64,000 nt of DNA from Candidatus Asgardarchaeum abyssi (GCA_040225955.1 JBECUL010000003.1:11952-75951), one strand, 5' to 3'; positions 37,018-47,434 are shown, numbered from the stretch's first letter. Program-made: numbers and translations. The notes: a model not told the origin generated them from the letters alone.

Positions 37018-39104
37018 CCTCTCCTTAAAATTAGATTTCCATAACTGTCAATTTTGCAGACCCATCCAGGATTAACGACAGTAGTTGAATCATATTGCTC
37101 AATGATTGCAGGACCTTGTATCTCTGCACCAACTGGAATCTTTTTTCTATCGTATACTGGTGTTTTAGTGAAGTCATCAATCGTCCCAAAATAGACATTT
37201 CTGTACTCTATAAGTGCTGAATCAATAGTTCTGTAATTGGTGCGTATTTTTTGTAGTACTGGCTTTTCTACTATTCCAATGGCTTCAACACGTAGATTGA
37301 CAATTTCAATATCCTCTTCGGGCATTGAGTAGCCATACCTTCTCTCATGAAACTCGTTAAACCTTTCTTTAAGAGTAGAGAAGGCAGAATCTCCCTCTAA
37401 TTTTCCAATTGGAATTAGTAATTCGAAACCTTGGCCCCAATATCTCATGTCTGCATATCTATTGAAAACTATTCTCTCCGAAGGAACCCCCTCTCTCCTC
37501 AGCAAATCAAATCCTTTTCTCTCTAGTTTTTGATATTCCTCTTCTATTTCAATTGGGTCCAGTTCATCAATGATTTTTCTTATAGATTTTGTGAAAACGT
37601 GTTTAAAATCGGTTGCTAAAAGTCCGAAAGCAGAAAACAGACCAGGAACTAATGGAATCACGATCTCATTCATTTCTAAATCTTCCGCTAAGTCACAAGC
37701 ATGCATAGGTCCAGCTCCGCCAAATGATATCAATGTTAAGTTGCGTGGGTCTATTCCTCGCTCTATCGAAACAATTCTCAAAATTTTGCTCATTATAGCA
37801 TTTGTTATTTTTATGCTTCCAATGGCTGCACTTTCTAAATCCAAATCCAATTTATTTGTTATCTTCTCATAAAATGCTTGTTTTGCCTTCTCTGGAAATA
37901 TTCTCATTTCTCCCCCAAGTAAATATTTTTGATTAAGCCTACCTAAAATTAGATTTGCATCTGTAATTGTTGGATTATCGCCACCTTTCCCATAACATGC
38001 AGGTCCTGGATCTGCTCCTGCACTAATAGGCCCAACTCTTAGTGCTCCACCCTCATCAACCCAGATTATACTTCCGCCGCCTGCTGATATCTCTGCTACA
38101 TCGATAAAGGGAAATCTTACAGGATAACCACTGCCTTTTATTATTCTCCCCGCGTGTATTTTCCCACATACCTCATACTCTGTCGTTATAATTGGAGTTC
38201 CATCAATAACAGTACCTGCTTTTGCTGTGGTTCCGCCCATGTCAAAACTTAAAACATTTTTCTTTCCCAGTAGTGATCCTAAGTTCATGGATGCTAAAAC
38301 TCCAGCTGCAGGCCCACTTTCTATTATACTCACAGGCAACCTGCTTATTTCATCAATTGATGCGACTCCTCCACTACTTTTCATGACCCTTATAGGGGCA
38401 TCGGTTATAGAAGAAATACCCTCCGACAAATTTTGTAGATATCTTGTTACAATAGGCATTAGTATTGCATTTACAACTGTGGTACTAGTTCGCTCGTATT
38501 CACGATGTTCGGGATCCACCTCACTGCTTAACGATATGAAAATGTTTGGGATTATTTTTTTCAAAATTTTCTGTATCTTTACTTCATGTATCGAATTTGC
38601 ATAAGAATGCAAAAGCGATATTGCAACGGTTTCTATCTTTTCAACAGACAATTTTCTAGCTATTTCACGTATCTCATCTTCATTTAAGGGTTTGATTACA
38701 TTTCCCTCATAATCAAGCCTCTCATCAGCTTCAAACCTATACTTTCTAGGAATCAAAACCCTTGGTCTTTGAACAAACAAGTTATATAAATCAGGGCGTC
38801 TCTGTCTTCCTATTTCAAGGATGTCACGAAAACCTTTTGTTGTTATCAAAGCTGCTTTTGGTAATTCTAACCCAACTTGCCCCAGTAAAGCATTAGTCGC
38901 AATGGTTGTAGCGTGAATTATTGTCTCTACTTCAGTCTTTTTAAAATTCATTTTTCTCAGAGTATCTATAACGGCGATCTCTGGTCTCCTTGGTGTAGAA
39001 CTTACTTTCAAAAAAGATACAATGGTATTATTTCTTCGGTCAAAGACTATTATATCTGTAAATGTACCACCTATGTCAACGCCTATTCTGTAATGCCTAT
39101 CCAA
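37014..39104 (-). CDS. hyuA: Hydantoinase A/5-oxoprolinase ATP-binding subunit
   Basis: GVDIGGTFTD, HATTIATNALL, ESGPAAG, DMGGTT, GAGGGS-like, GPACYG.GG, FGGAGPMH. Confidence 0.93.
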   Translation of the reverse strand: MDRHYRIGVDIGGTFTDIIVFDRRNNTIVSFLKVSSTPRRPEIAVIDTLRKMNFKKTEVETIIHATTIATNALLGQVGLELPKAALITTKGFRDILEIGRQRRPDLYNLFVQRPRVLIPRKYRFEADERLDYEGNVIKPLNEDEIREIARKLSVEKIETVAISLLHSYANSIHEVKIQKILKKIIPNIFISLSSEVDPEHREYERTSTTVVNAILMPIVTRYLQNLSEGISSITDAPIRVMKSSGGVASIDEISRLPVSIIESGPAAGVLASMNLGSLLGKKNVLSFDMGGTTAKAGTVIDGTPIITTEYEVCGKIHAGRIIKGSGYPVRFPFIDVAEISAGGGSIIWVDEGGALRVGPISAGADPGPACYGKGGDNPTITDANLILGRLNQKYLLGGEMRIFPEKAKQAFYEKITNKLDLDLESAAIGSIKITNAIMSKILRIVSIERGIDPRNLTLISFGGAGPMHACDLAEDLEMNEIVIPLVPGLFSAFGLLATDFKHVFTKSIRKIIDELDPIEIEEEYQKLERKGFDLLRREGVPSERIVFNRYADMRYWGQGFELLIPIGKLEGDSAFSTLKERFNEFHERRYGYSMPEEDIEIVNLRVEAIGIVEKPVLQKIRTNYRTIDSALIEYRNVYFGTIDDFTKTPVYDRKKIPVGAEIQGPAIIEQYDSTTVVNPGWVCKIDSYGNLILRRG

Positions 39105-39278
39105 TATGAGCCCCTCGATAATTATTCTAATATTTATTAGATTAATTTAGGTGATCTTACTTAAGCAAAAACGTCTATAAATATATTCAATTTACTTCCT
39201 TTTTCCCTCAAAGGATCGCAATAGTTTTTTATAGTTGCATTTCTACAAATTCATATATCATTAAAACATGGTGTTATT

Positions 39279-39926
39279 ATGCCAAGCAGAAATGAAAAGG
39301 GGGAACTATTTTTTAAAATACTCTATTGGGGTCCGACAAAAAGTGGTAAGACTCAAACTGTTGAGAAGCTTTATGAAATTCTGGAGGCAACTAAAGATAA
39401 GGGAATCCCAGTATCTGTCCTGACAAAGATATCAGTTCCTGGTGGCGATATGACTATATTTTTTGATAGAGGTGTCATACGTGTTGGCAGTGGTGTGTTT
39501 TTCCAGATTTACACAGTAGCTGGGCATAGAAGGTTTAAACCATTAAGGAAGGTAATATACTATGGTGCCGATGGTGTGGTATTCGTAATGAATTCGCTAA
39601 GGAGGTATTGGAATCTAACGGTTGAATCCCTCAGAGAACTCAAAGATATGGTAAGTAAATATAATCAAATTTTAGTAGAGCAGATACCTCTTATCATTCA
39701 GGTTAACAGCTTTGAGTCAGGTGATAGAGTTTCATCGGAAGAAATAGTTCAATTATTGAAAGATGAAGGTTTGTATCACTACACCGGCAGTCAAAGTAAG
39801 TGGAACCCTAGTATTCATGAAGTCTATGATTTTGAAAAGGAAAAGTTATTAGAACCGTTTGCCGATATAGCTAGTCGTATCTTATCCTATTGGTATTATG
39901 GACGAGGTAGGGTCCCTCCCGCATGA
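39279..39926 (+). CDS. MglA-like small GTPase with atypical G3/G4
   Basis: KILYWGPTKSGKT (P-loop), TIFFDR, QIYTVAGH, GADGVVFV, QVNSFE. Confidence 0.8.
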   Translation: MPSRNEKGELFFKILYWGPTKSGKTQTVEKLYEILEATKDKGIPVSVLTKISVPGGDMTIFFDRGVIRVGSGVFFQIYTVAGHRRFKPLRKVIYYGADGVVFVMNSLRRYWNLTVESLRELKDMVSKYNQILVEQIPLIIQVNSFESGDRVSSEEIVQLLKDEGLYHYTGSQSKWNPSIHEVYDFEKEKLLEPFADIASRILSYWYYGRGRVPPA

Positions 39927-40295
39927 GGAATGTGCTCCTAAAAACTAAGACCGGTAAAAAATATATCAGACGGCTGATAGGGAGCTAAAAAGTTTTTACA
40001 ACTTTTAATAAAATTGCATTACTTTATTTCTTCCATAATAGAATTTTCTATTTATCTTTATAATATTTTTATTTATGTTGCGATTTTAACATGTTTTTTT
40101 AAAGATTTTTATTAAAATTTTTATACTTTCATAGTGATATTTTCCTTCGATACGCTTTTGACATTTTTATATGATATCGTAATTTAGTATTATATTCTGC
40201 CTTTTCTCAGAGTTGCTAGAGGTTGGAAATATGGGTTTATTAGCTGGTTGCGATAAAAACATTATCCAAGAAAATAATGTTTTTGAGGGAGATAA

Positions 40296-41474
40296 ATGAC
40301 TCTTGATTTACGTATAAAGATCGGCGATGTAGAACTTGAGCATCCAGTGATAGCCCCTGCTGGTGAACTATTTAGAGATGGATACTTAATTAAAAAGTAT
40401 TCTAAGTTGGGAATGTCTGCTATCACAACAAAAACAATAACTACTCATCCTTTACCTGTTCCGCATCCATGTTTCGCTGATTTAAAGTATTGTTTTCTTA
40501 ATAATATTGCAGGATCGACACATACAGCGGACTTCTGGTTTGATAAACATCTTAAAATAGCTAAAGAAGGGCAGGTCAAAATAATTGCTAGTATAGCTGG
40601 CGTAGATCCAGACGATGCAGTATCTCTTGCTACTAGAGCCGAGAAAGCTGGTGCAGATATTATTGAAATTCCAACATATACTCCTAGTATTTCTGAAATA
40701 TTGGAAGCTATCGGTGCAACATTTTCACCTCCTGAATTTACCAATGTCGAGCCGTTTATTAAAATATTGAAGGCAGTAAAGGAAAGCGTTTCAGTGCCCG
40801 TTATTGTTAAATTGAGTGCCGTATTTAATCCTGAAACTAAATTGTGGGCAAAAAGCGTTGAGGATACTGGTGCCGATGGAATCGTGATTTCAGACAGTTT
40901 TGGACCCGTATTAGCAATAGATATCAACACGGGTCAACCACTGTTAGGCGGACCTAGAGGATACGCAACTATGACAGGCAAGGCTCTGAAACCATTAGCC
41001 TTAAGAATGGTGTTTGAAGCAGCACAAGTTATCAAAATACCAATCATTGGTGTTGGTGGTATTACTAATTGGAAGGATGCTGTAGAGTATATATTAGCTG
41101 GTGCTAAAGGAGTTGGCGTCTACACAGAAGCACATCTAAGAGGATTGGGAATATATAGAAAAATACTGGATGGAATTAAAAAGTATATGGAGGAAAAAGG
41201 TTACAAAAGTATAGATGATTTTTCAGGGCTCACCCTTAAGAAAGTACAAGAAAGAAAAGAGAAAAATCAGCAAATTCTTGATATAATTCCTCCTATTGTT
41301 GATGAAGAGAAGTGTACTGGTTGCGGCATATGTGAACGCTCATGCATTTATTTCGCAATTAAAGTCGATCCTTCAACAAAGAAAGCTGTTGTTTACTCTG
41401 ACAAGTGTTCTGGTTGTGGCTTATGCTACACGGTATGCCCCGTTCACGCTATCTCTCTAAATTACTATAAGTAG
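40296..41474 (+). CDS. Dihydroorotate/dihydropyrimidine dehydrogenase (PreA-like) FMN protein with C-terminal 2x[4Fe-4S]
   Basis: ITTKT, VPVIVKLS, G.ALKPLALR, IPIIGVGGI..WKDAVEYILAGA; CTGCGICERSC, CSGCGLCYTVCP. Confidence 0.85.
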   Translation: MTLDLRIKIGDVELEHPVIAPAGELFRDGYLIKKYSKLGMSAITTKTITTHPLPVPHPCFADLKYCFLNNIAGSTHTADFWFDKHLKIAKEGQVKIIASIAGVDPDDAVSLATRAEKAGADIIEIPTYTPSISEILEAIGATFSPPEFTNVEPFIKILKAVKESVSVPVIVKLSAVFNPETKLWAKSVEDTGADGIVISDSFGPVLAIDINTGQPLLGGPRGYATMTGKALKPLALRMVFEAAQVIKIPIIGVGGITNWKDAVEYILAGAKGVGVYTEAHLRGLGIYRKILDGIKKYMEEKGYKSIDDFSGLTLKKVQERKEKNQQILDIIPPIVDEEKCTGCGICERSCIYFAIKVDPSTKKAVVYSDKCSGCGLCYTVCPVHAISLNYYK

Positions 41475-41543
41475 TTCCCATTAAACCTCATTATATTTTT
41501 ATATTTTATTCTGTTATCTCACCTAAAAAAAGAAAAGATAAGT

Positions 41544-41987
41544 TTATTCTTTTGGCCCAAATTTCATCCAGAAAAAGCCTAATAGGTAGCCATATACTAT
41601 GCTGAAAACTAGGTTAATCGCCACTGTTAATAAAGCGAAGGCTCCAAAAGATGAAGTAACTGTTGAAAGTATCCAGAATATGATGCCCATGATGATGCCT
41701 TTTATTATTGGGCTCTCAGTTGGTAGATAGTCGTATATGAATGCAAAAATTAATCCAGCAATAATACCCCATATGATTTCTCCAATCGGTGCGAAAAAGA
41801 CAACAGATGAATACATCAAGGCTCTAAAGAGCTCAGGATCTACCCCTGCTGGCACGTTTTTAAGAACATCAGCAAATATTATATCAAACATCGTAGCATA
41901 AATAATGGATTCCAGAATTCCAATTATAAGACCAGCAACAATTCCAGACTTAATACCTCTCCATAACTCCGCCATCATTATCACCAC
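41544..41987 (-). CDS. Hypothetical 4-TM membrane protein
   Basis: Gly-rich hydrophobic helices; GGTG RBS. Confidence 0.65.
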   Translation of the reverse strand: MVIMMAELWRGIKSGIVAGLIIGILESIIYATMFDIIFADVLKNVPAGVDPELFRALMYSSVVFFAPIGEIIWGIIAGLIFAFIYDYLPTESPIIKGIIMGIIFWILSTVTSSFGAFALLTVAINLVFSIVYGYLLGFFWMKFGPKE

Positions 41988-42315
41988 TACAATTTCACAA
42001 CGTTATATGCAATAATATGTGTAATTAGGTATTTATTATCACTTAATACTATTCAGTTTTATAATTTTTAATTTCATATTTAACCATTTTTGAAGAGCAA
42101 TTTCGACTTTGTTGTGAAAAAAAATAGACAAAAAGGAGTTAAGACTTTAATTAGTAATGATTCATAATAAAAGAGGGCTGAGTATTATATTATAACACTC
42201 AACTCTAGCGATTTACTGGAATTTCGTAAAATCTTTAAAGGTCTCAACATGATATCTTTCCTTTTTTTGATCTTAAAACTTTATTGTGCAATATTCTAAA
42301 ATATCTTAGAGCATG

Positions 42316-42717
42316 TCATCTTATGATCTCAATATCAAATTTCCTCCAATCATCATCATATGATAAAATCTTTTGAATCTTATTATCAACCATGAATAAA
42401 TAAATAATAGCGTCCCCTATATCGACATTTTTATTTTTCATAATTTCGTAACACATCAGAAGTCTCTCATTATCCAAATTAGTACATTTTATTTCTACGT
42501 CCAAATCCTTTAGAAGCTTTGGGAATCTCTCTTTGAGCATCTTATATAGTTTAGCTTTTTTATCATTGCTCTCTGATATCAACTCATCTAGGACTTTTAT
42601 GACCTCATATACTACTATATTATTTATCACGAGTGGATGTCCTTTCGAAATTATTTCCATAAATTTTTCTTTTCTCTTGAAAAATGCATTGGAATCTATG
42701 AAAATTCTCTCAACCAC
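42316..42717 (-). CDS. vapC: PIN-domain toxin (VapC)
   Basis: IFIDSNAF, VVYE, GDAI, ILSYDDDW. Confidence 0.85.
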   Translation of the reverse strand: MVERIFIDSNAFFKRKEKFMEIISKGHPLVINNIVVYEVIKVLDELISESNDKKAKLYKMLKERFPKLLKDLDVEIKCTNLDNERLLMCYEIMKNKNVDIGDAIIYLFMVDNKIQKILSYDDDWRKFDIEIIR

Positions 42718-43012
42718 TTTTCTCTACCTCTTTTTTTATGGATTTTATAATAATCTTGTTCAAATCATCCACAGACATTTTTTCTAATTCTGTCGCTTCT
42801 ACAATTGCAAACCAGTTTTTAATGGCCTTCTTTTTTTCTTCTATTTTTTTCTCATTTAAAATACTAACTATTCTATCAATTTCGCCTTTATCTTCACTAA
42901 TAATGTATGTTCTCCCTAATGAGCATACAAAAACCTCTTTTATTCCCCTCAATGGAAGAAGAATCCTACCACGATTATCCACTCGTCTTTTCTCAATGAG
43001 CATTTTCTTCAC
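42710..43012 (-). CDS. AbrB/MazE-type antitoxin (VapB-like)
   Basis: RRVDNRGRILLP; overlaps and precedes vapC. Confidence 0.7.
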   Translation of the reverse strand: MKKMLIEKRRVDNRGRILLPLRGIKEVFVCSLGRTYIISEDKGEIDRIVSILNEKKIEEKKKAIKNWFAIVEATELEKMSVDDLNKIIIKSIKKEVEKSG

Positions 43013-43015
43013 CTA

Positions 43016-43064
43016 CCACAATGTTGTGGGTATACTTATTTATATTTTTCCCACATTAATGTAG
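43016..43064 (-). promoter_or_regulatory. vapBC promoter: TATAAATA box flanked by two CCACA-N4-TGT(G/A)G inverted repeats (putative operators)
   Basis: CCACA ATGT TGTGG at 43016-43029 and CCACA TTAA TGTAG at 43051-43064; TATAAATA on the minus strand at ~43037-43044. Confidence 0.6.
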
Positions 43065-43163
43065 GATTTTTTTACATCGTTGTCTTGAAAAACTGGCCTA
43101 TCTATTAAAATATTTAAGAGTAGAGTTCTTTACTTTTAAATGATATGAGTATTTGCGATGTAG

Positions 43164-43472
43164 GTGCATTTTATGCTATTCAAAACAATAAATGTTTCAA
43201 CTAGGAGGTATAAAATTAAGAGAACATCCTATGAAGTCAACCTGGAATACTATAAGAAATGGTTCTTTAAGCCTCGCTATACCATTAATATATTTCGTGG
43301 AGCTGATCTTATTGGCAAGAAAAGTTTTAAAGAGCCAATTCTTGAACATTTTATGTCTGCAGTCCATGGTGCTACTTCCGTGCGGTTGGATGACTCTGCT
43401 GTTGCTGAAGCCATAAGTGCAGCACTTATAGACTTAAGAGATAGAATAGAAGAAGCGAAAAGGAAAAAGTAA
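43164..43472 (+). CDS. Hypothetical protein
   Basis: Open frame with coding-like composition; start probably the ATG at codon 4. Confidence 0.55.
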   Translation: MHFMLFKTINVSTRRYKIKRTSYEVNLEYYKKWFFKPRYTINIFRGADLIGKKSFKEPILEHFMSAVHGATSVRLDDSAVAEAISAALIDLRDRIEEAKRKK

Positions 43473-43487
43473 CTTGGGGGATATTTT

Positions 43488-43925
43488 TTGGAGATTAGAG
43501 TTGGTGGTATTCTATATCATAATCATAAAATTTTAATGATAGATAGGGATGGTACTCTAACCTTTTCTGATTTACCTACCAGTGAGCAAGAAACTTTAGA
43601 GGCGTGCATAAGAAAGTTTTTTATGGAGAATCTCGGCATTGAAGTAAGCGTGGAAAAGCTGATTTATATGATTCAATTTGTCAGAAAAGGAGAGAAAAAG
43701 CCCTATAAACTTACTTATTTTTTCCTAGTTAAACCTAATTCTAATATAAAAGAGGATTTTGTTGTTAATCTGAAAAAAGTGAACTTTAAGTGGGTCGGTG
43801 CTGAAGATTTGGAGAGATTTAAGGTAGTGCCAAAAGTTCTTAAGCACTTTCTATCCGAAGATTTGAAAAGTGATGAGTTTAAGATGAGAATTGGAGTAGA
43901 AATTGATAATAATTCTAAATCATGA
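43488..43925 (+). CDS. NUDIX-fold protein with degenerate Nudix box
   Basis: IRVGGILYHNHKILMI, ETLEACIRKFFMENLGIEV, KWV. Confidence 0.6.
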   Translation: MEIRVGGILYHNHKILMIDRDGTLTFSDLPTSEQETLEACIRKFFMENLGIEVSVEKLIYMIQFVRKGEKKPYKLTYFFLVKPNSNIKEDFVVNLKKVNFKWVGAEDLERFKVVPKVLKHFLSEDLKSDEFKMRIGVEIDNNSKS

Positions 43926-43956
43926 TAAATCTCTTTATATACCCGTAAATTAACTA

Positions 43957-44463
43957 TTGAATCAAGCAAGATATATAGGAGTATTGAAGATGGATATAGC
44001 TGAATTACCTCAAAAATATTTTAACTTAATGAATGATGGGGAAAGATATGCGAAAATGAGGCAGTTTAGGGAGGCTTTTAAATGTTTCTCCCAAGCAACA
44101 ACAGAGGCTTATAACATATCCAAATTTTTCTTGCTGAGAGCGTCAAAAAGATACGATGACAATAAATTAATTGATGATATCGCACTTATAATTGTCTGGC
44201 TCTTAAAGATAGTTAAGACCGAATTTTTTAAAGAGCTGTCCGAGTACAATATAAAGTTTAATTTGGGGCGGGATGCAAGAAATCATTTATTCATAGCTGA
44301 AGGAGTTCAACGAATCGGAAATCATCTAATATCATTACTTAAAGACTATATTGATGGGCATAAATTCAAGGTTCATTTTGCGATTCATGAAATGTATGAT
44401 GCATTAAAAGAGAACTTAGAGGGACGAGAAAAACTTCTTAAAAAGCTCATTGAAGAGTCTTAA
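43957..44463 (+). CDS. Hypothetical helical protein
   Basis: 168-aa ORF; start probably at MDIAEL. Confidence 0.55.
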   Translation: MNQARYIGVLKMDIAELPQKYFNLMNDGERYAKMRQFREAFKCFSQATTEAYNISKFFLLRASKRYDDNKLIDDIALIIVWLLKIVKTEFFKELSEYNIKFNLGRDARNHLFIAEGVQRIGNHLISLLKDYIDGHKFKVHFAIHEMYDALKENLEGREKLLKKLIEES

Positions 44464-44557
44464 ATATCTAATGAATTCCTCCTTAGTTAAATATTTAAGC
44501 CTAGAATAGAAAAAATATACATAATTATTTCCATGACTTTTTAGCAGGGGGATCTTA

Positions 44558-47434
44558 GTGCGAGTAGGTCCTAAAATTATTAAACTTCATCCGCAACTTA
44601 TATCATTTGTTATGATAACAATGGTTCTCTTTGGTGCACTTGCCGCAGTTGATGCTGTAGGCGTTAAAAAGTTCCCAGAATTTGTGACCGATGAAAAGAT
44701 AGATCTTATTATTAAAGTAACATCTTGGGAGTATTCATCTTACTTAATGTCAAGTAATAAGATACTACTTGATGTAGAAAAAGTACTCAATGGCACCTAT
44801 TATGTTATGGATTACGTAACATTTATGCAAGTTAGGACAGAGTTGTATTATTTTAAAAATGTTTCTGATGAACAGTTACAATATGTTTCTTTCTATGGAA
44901 ACATAATATGTCTGAACGATAAGCTTATCGACTGGCTTAATATTAACATCACTTCTGGTTCTCTGAGAAAAAATTCAATACTTATACGTTATGACTTATT
45001 AGTTATGCATGGTCTAGAGATAAATAAATCGAAAGTATCTTACTATATGGGCTATTCTACTTTTTATAATCTGACGGTCTCTGGAACGTTTACTATTAAC
45101 GAAACTAATTTTGGTTCAGATGTGATTGGAATAGCATCAGAAGAGACAATAATGCGCATAGCATCGTTAGGTGAGTTTTGGGAATTTAGTAAGGTATTTT
45201 TAGTAGACATTAATGCAAGTTTTATTGATAAAGTGAATCCGGAACGATCACTTAGTGAAATGAATACTCTTTCGCAGAAGATATGGAATGTTGAGCAGAA
45301 GTACTTTAGCGCTAACATATATATTCCAGTTGATTTTATCCTTGCTGAGAAAGTAAGTAGATTCGTGGAGTGGAAAGCGAACTATAGAAGTATGTTGCTC
45401 GTATCTTTACTACCACTTCTTATATCATTTTGGGTTTTGCAATATTTCTTTATTGAGACATTTTTTGCTAAATGGGAAAGAGAGATAAATATTATTATGG
45501 CAAGAGGATATCGAAAAGACGTAAAAATCGGTATGCTACTTAGCTTTGTGTTTTTCCAAACAATACTAGGTTTTCTCATAGGTTTACCAGCTGGAGCTAT
45601 CTTCAGTAGAGTCTATATTTTTCCAACAATTTCTGCTATAAACTTCTACGATCCGCCTATTGTTGTCTCTTTAGTTTCATATACTTATATTACTATATAT
45701 TACGCTGTGACAATTTTCATAGCTCTTTTGTTATATGGTATTGTTGCAGTTTTTAACTCTTATGTGAAAAAGGCCATCAAAAGGAAAAAGGGGATTCTAA
45801 GGAAAATATTTATTCTCTTCCAGGGGACATATCTCGATGCTGTATTTATAATATACTCAATCTTAATATTTTTACTATTTCATATCTCCTCCGAGACTAT
45901 CTTCACCATCGTAAGATATTCATTTTTCCCTCCAATTTTCGTGTTTCTTATAATTTTCTTATTTGCACCATTTGCTTTTGTCATAGGTATAACTAGAATT
46001 ATCCTTCGTTATTCGAAAACTTTATTGATTATGGTAACGCAAAAGATGAGAGATTATTCGTCGCTAAGATCATTAATTTTAGGTATAAGAAACGTTTTCA
46101 GAGAGGATACAAAAAACAAAATACTAGCCACGATATTCTCAATGGTAATATTGGTAAATGTATCGTCAACTATTATTAACTATTCATATGTTCCATATAT
46201 AGTATCTCATGAAAAATGGTTTACGGGAAGCGACTTAGGAATATACTTCAGATCCGAAGCCAATGTAACACGTATTAATGAGATAAGAGTGGCGATTCTA
46301 AAGAATATTACAGGTATAGAAAGCTCAACAATAATATTTGCTACGGAGTGGCATTCATATGCAGGTGGATGGTATTACTCATACTCATATTATATATTTG
46401 GTATATCCTCTGAAAGTTTCTTAAAGACCGTTTATGGAGAAGATGGAAAACTTTTAATCAACTCATCCATTGCGGAGAAAATATTTCAAATAAAAAATGG
46501 CTCTAGGGTTGCCTTGGTATCAAAATCTTTGAGTGAAGAACTTGATATATCCCCTGAAACTACTCTTCGCTTTACAAACTTTTATACAAATGAACTAATC
46601 AGTATCAAAGTCAAAGATGAGATATCTGAGAAAATATCTCCATTATTTATTGCGGGCATGTATATGCCATGCTATGAAATAGTCTCTGCTGAAGAAATCG
46701 AAAATCATATTGAATGGATTATTGAATGGATGGAACCCATATCAAATTATATGATTACAGACATCGAAACGTGTTCAAAAATAGACAACTCTGTATCTAC
46801 AAGCATTCTTATTAAAATAAACGATCACGTAAATAAAACAGCTGTCGCTGAGGCCATCGAAAAAAGAATTAATGAATTAAAGTACAACTATACAGAATTA
46901 ATTTGCAGCTATACACGTTTCTTCAAAGATAATCTTAACAAAATGCTTGGTGAAGAAAGGCAAATAAGTGTTATGAACGCACTGTATGTGTCATATGTTT
47001 TTTCGGCTTTTCTCGTGATAATCGCAATATTAGAGTTCATGACAATTTTGTATAAAAAGAGGCCTCGTGAGCTTGCAGTCTTATTAGCAATTGGTGAGGA
47101 TAGACGGAAAATAGCAGAGGTTGTTTTCATAGAATTGTTCGCATTGTTAATCTATGGTATAATAGTGGGGTATATTGTTGCGTACCCTTCATCAATAATC
47201 TTTTCCCTTATTGTTGGCTTAAGTCCAGAATTCATGACCCGTTATGTATATACGTTTGACATGTACTTGTATCCTATGTTTTCGATTTTGGTCTTCATAG
47301 CCTTTGCAATAGCATCGATTTTAATAATCCTCTGGAGTATTATGAAGATGGATGTAACAAAATATCTTAAAATTGAGTGGGTTCCAGAAAAGTTTCTAGC
47401 TGAGATAGAGGTTGAAAGGTATGAGAGGACTTAG
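44558..47434 (+). CDS. FtsX/MacB-type ABC permease
   Basis: Two 4-TM repeats with large extracellular loops; REINIIMARG, GSDL, RELAVLLAIG. Confidence 0.85.
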   Translation: MRVGPKIIKLHPQLISFVMITMVLFGALAAVDAVGVKKFPEFVTDEKIDLIIKVTSWEYSSYLMSSNKILLDVEKVLNGTYYVMDYVTFMQVRTELYYFKNVSDEQLQYVSFYGNIICLNDKLIDWLNINITSGSLRKNSILIRYDLLVMHGLEINKSKVSYYMGYSTFYNLTVSGTFTINETNFGSDVIGIASEETIMRIASLGEFWEFSKVFLVDINASFIDKVNPERSLSEMNTLSQKIWNVEQKYFSANIYIPVDFILAEKVSRFVEWKANYRSMLLVSLLPLLISFWVLQYFFIETFFAKWEREINIIMARGYRKDVKIGMLLSFVFFQTILGFLIGLPAGAIFSRVYIFPTISAINFYDPPIVVSLVSYTYITIYYAVTIFIALLLYGIVAVFNSYVKKAIKRKKGILRKIFILFQGTYLDAVFIIYSILIFLLFHISSETIFTIVRYSFFPPIFVFLIIFLFAPFAFVIGITRIILRYSKTLLIMVTQKMRDYSSLRSLILGIRNVFREDTKNKILATIFSMVILVNVSSTIINYSYVPYIVSHEKWFTGSDLGIYFRSEANVTRINEIRVAILKNITGIESSTIIFATEWHSYAGGWYYSYSYYIFGISSESFLKTVYGEDGKLLINSSIAEKIFQIKNGSRVALVSKSLSEELDISPETTLRFTNFYTNELISIKVKDEISEKISPLFIAGMYMPCYEIVSAEEIENHIEWIIEWMEPISNYMITDIETCSKIDNSVSTSILIKINDHVNKTAVAEAIEKRINELKYNYTELICSYTRFFKDNLNKMLGEERQISVMNALYVSYVFSAFLVIIAILEFMTILYKKRPRELAVLLAIGEDRRKIAEVVFIELFALLIYGIIVGYIVAYPSSIIFSLIVGLSPEFMTRYVYTFDMYLYPMFSILVFIAFAIASILIILWSIMKMDVTKYLKIEWVPEKFLAEIEVERYERT

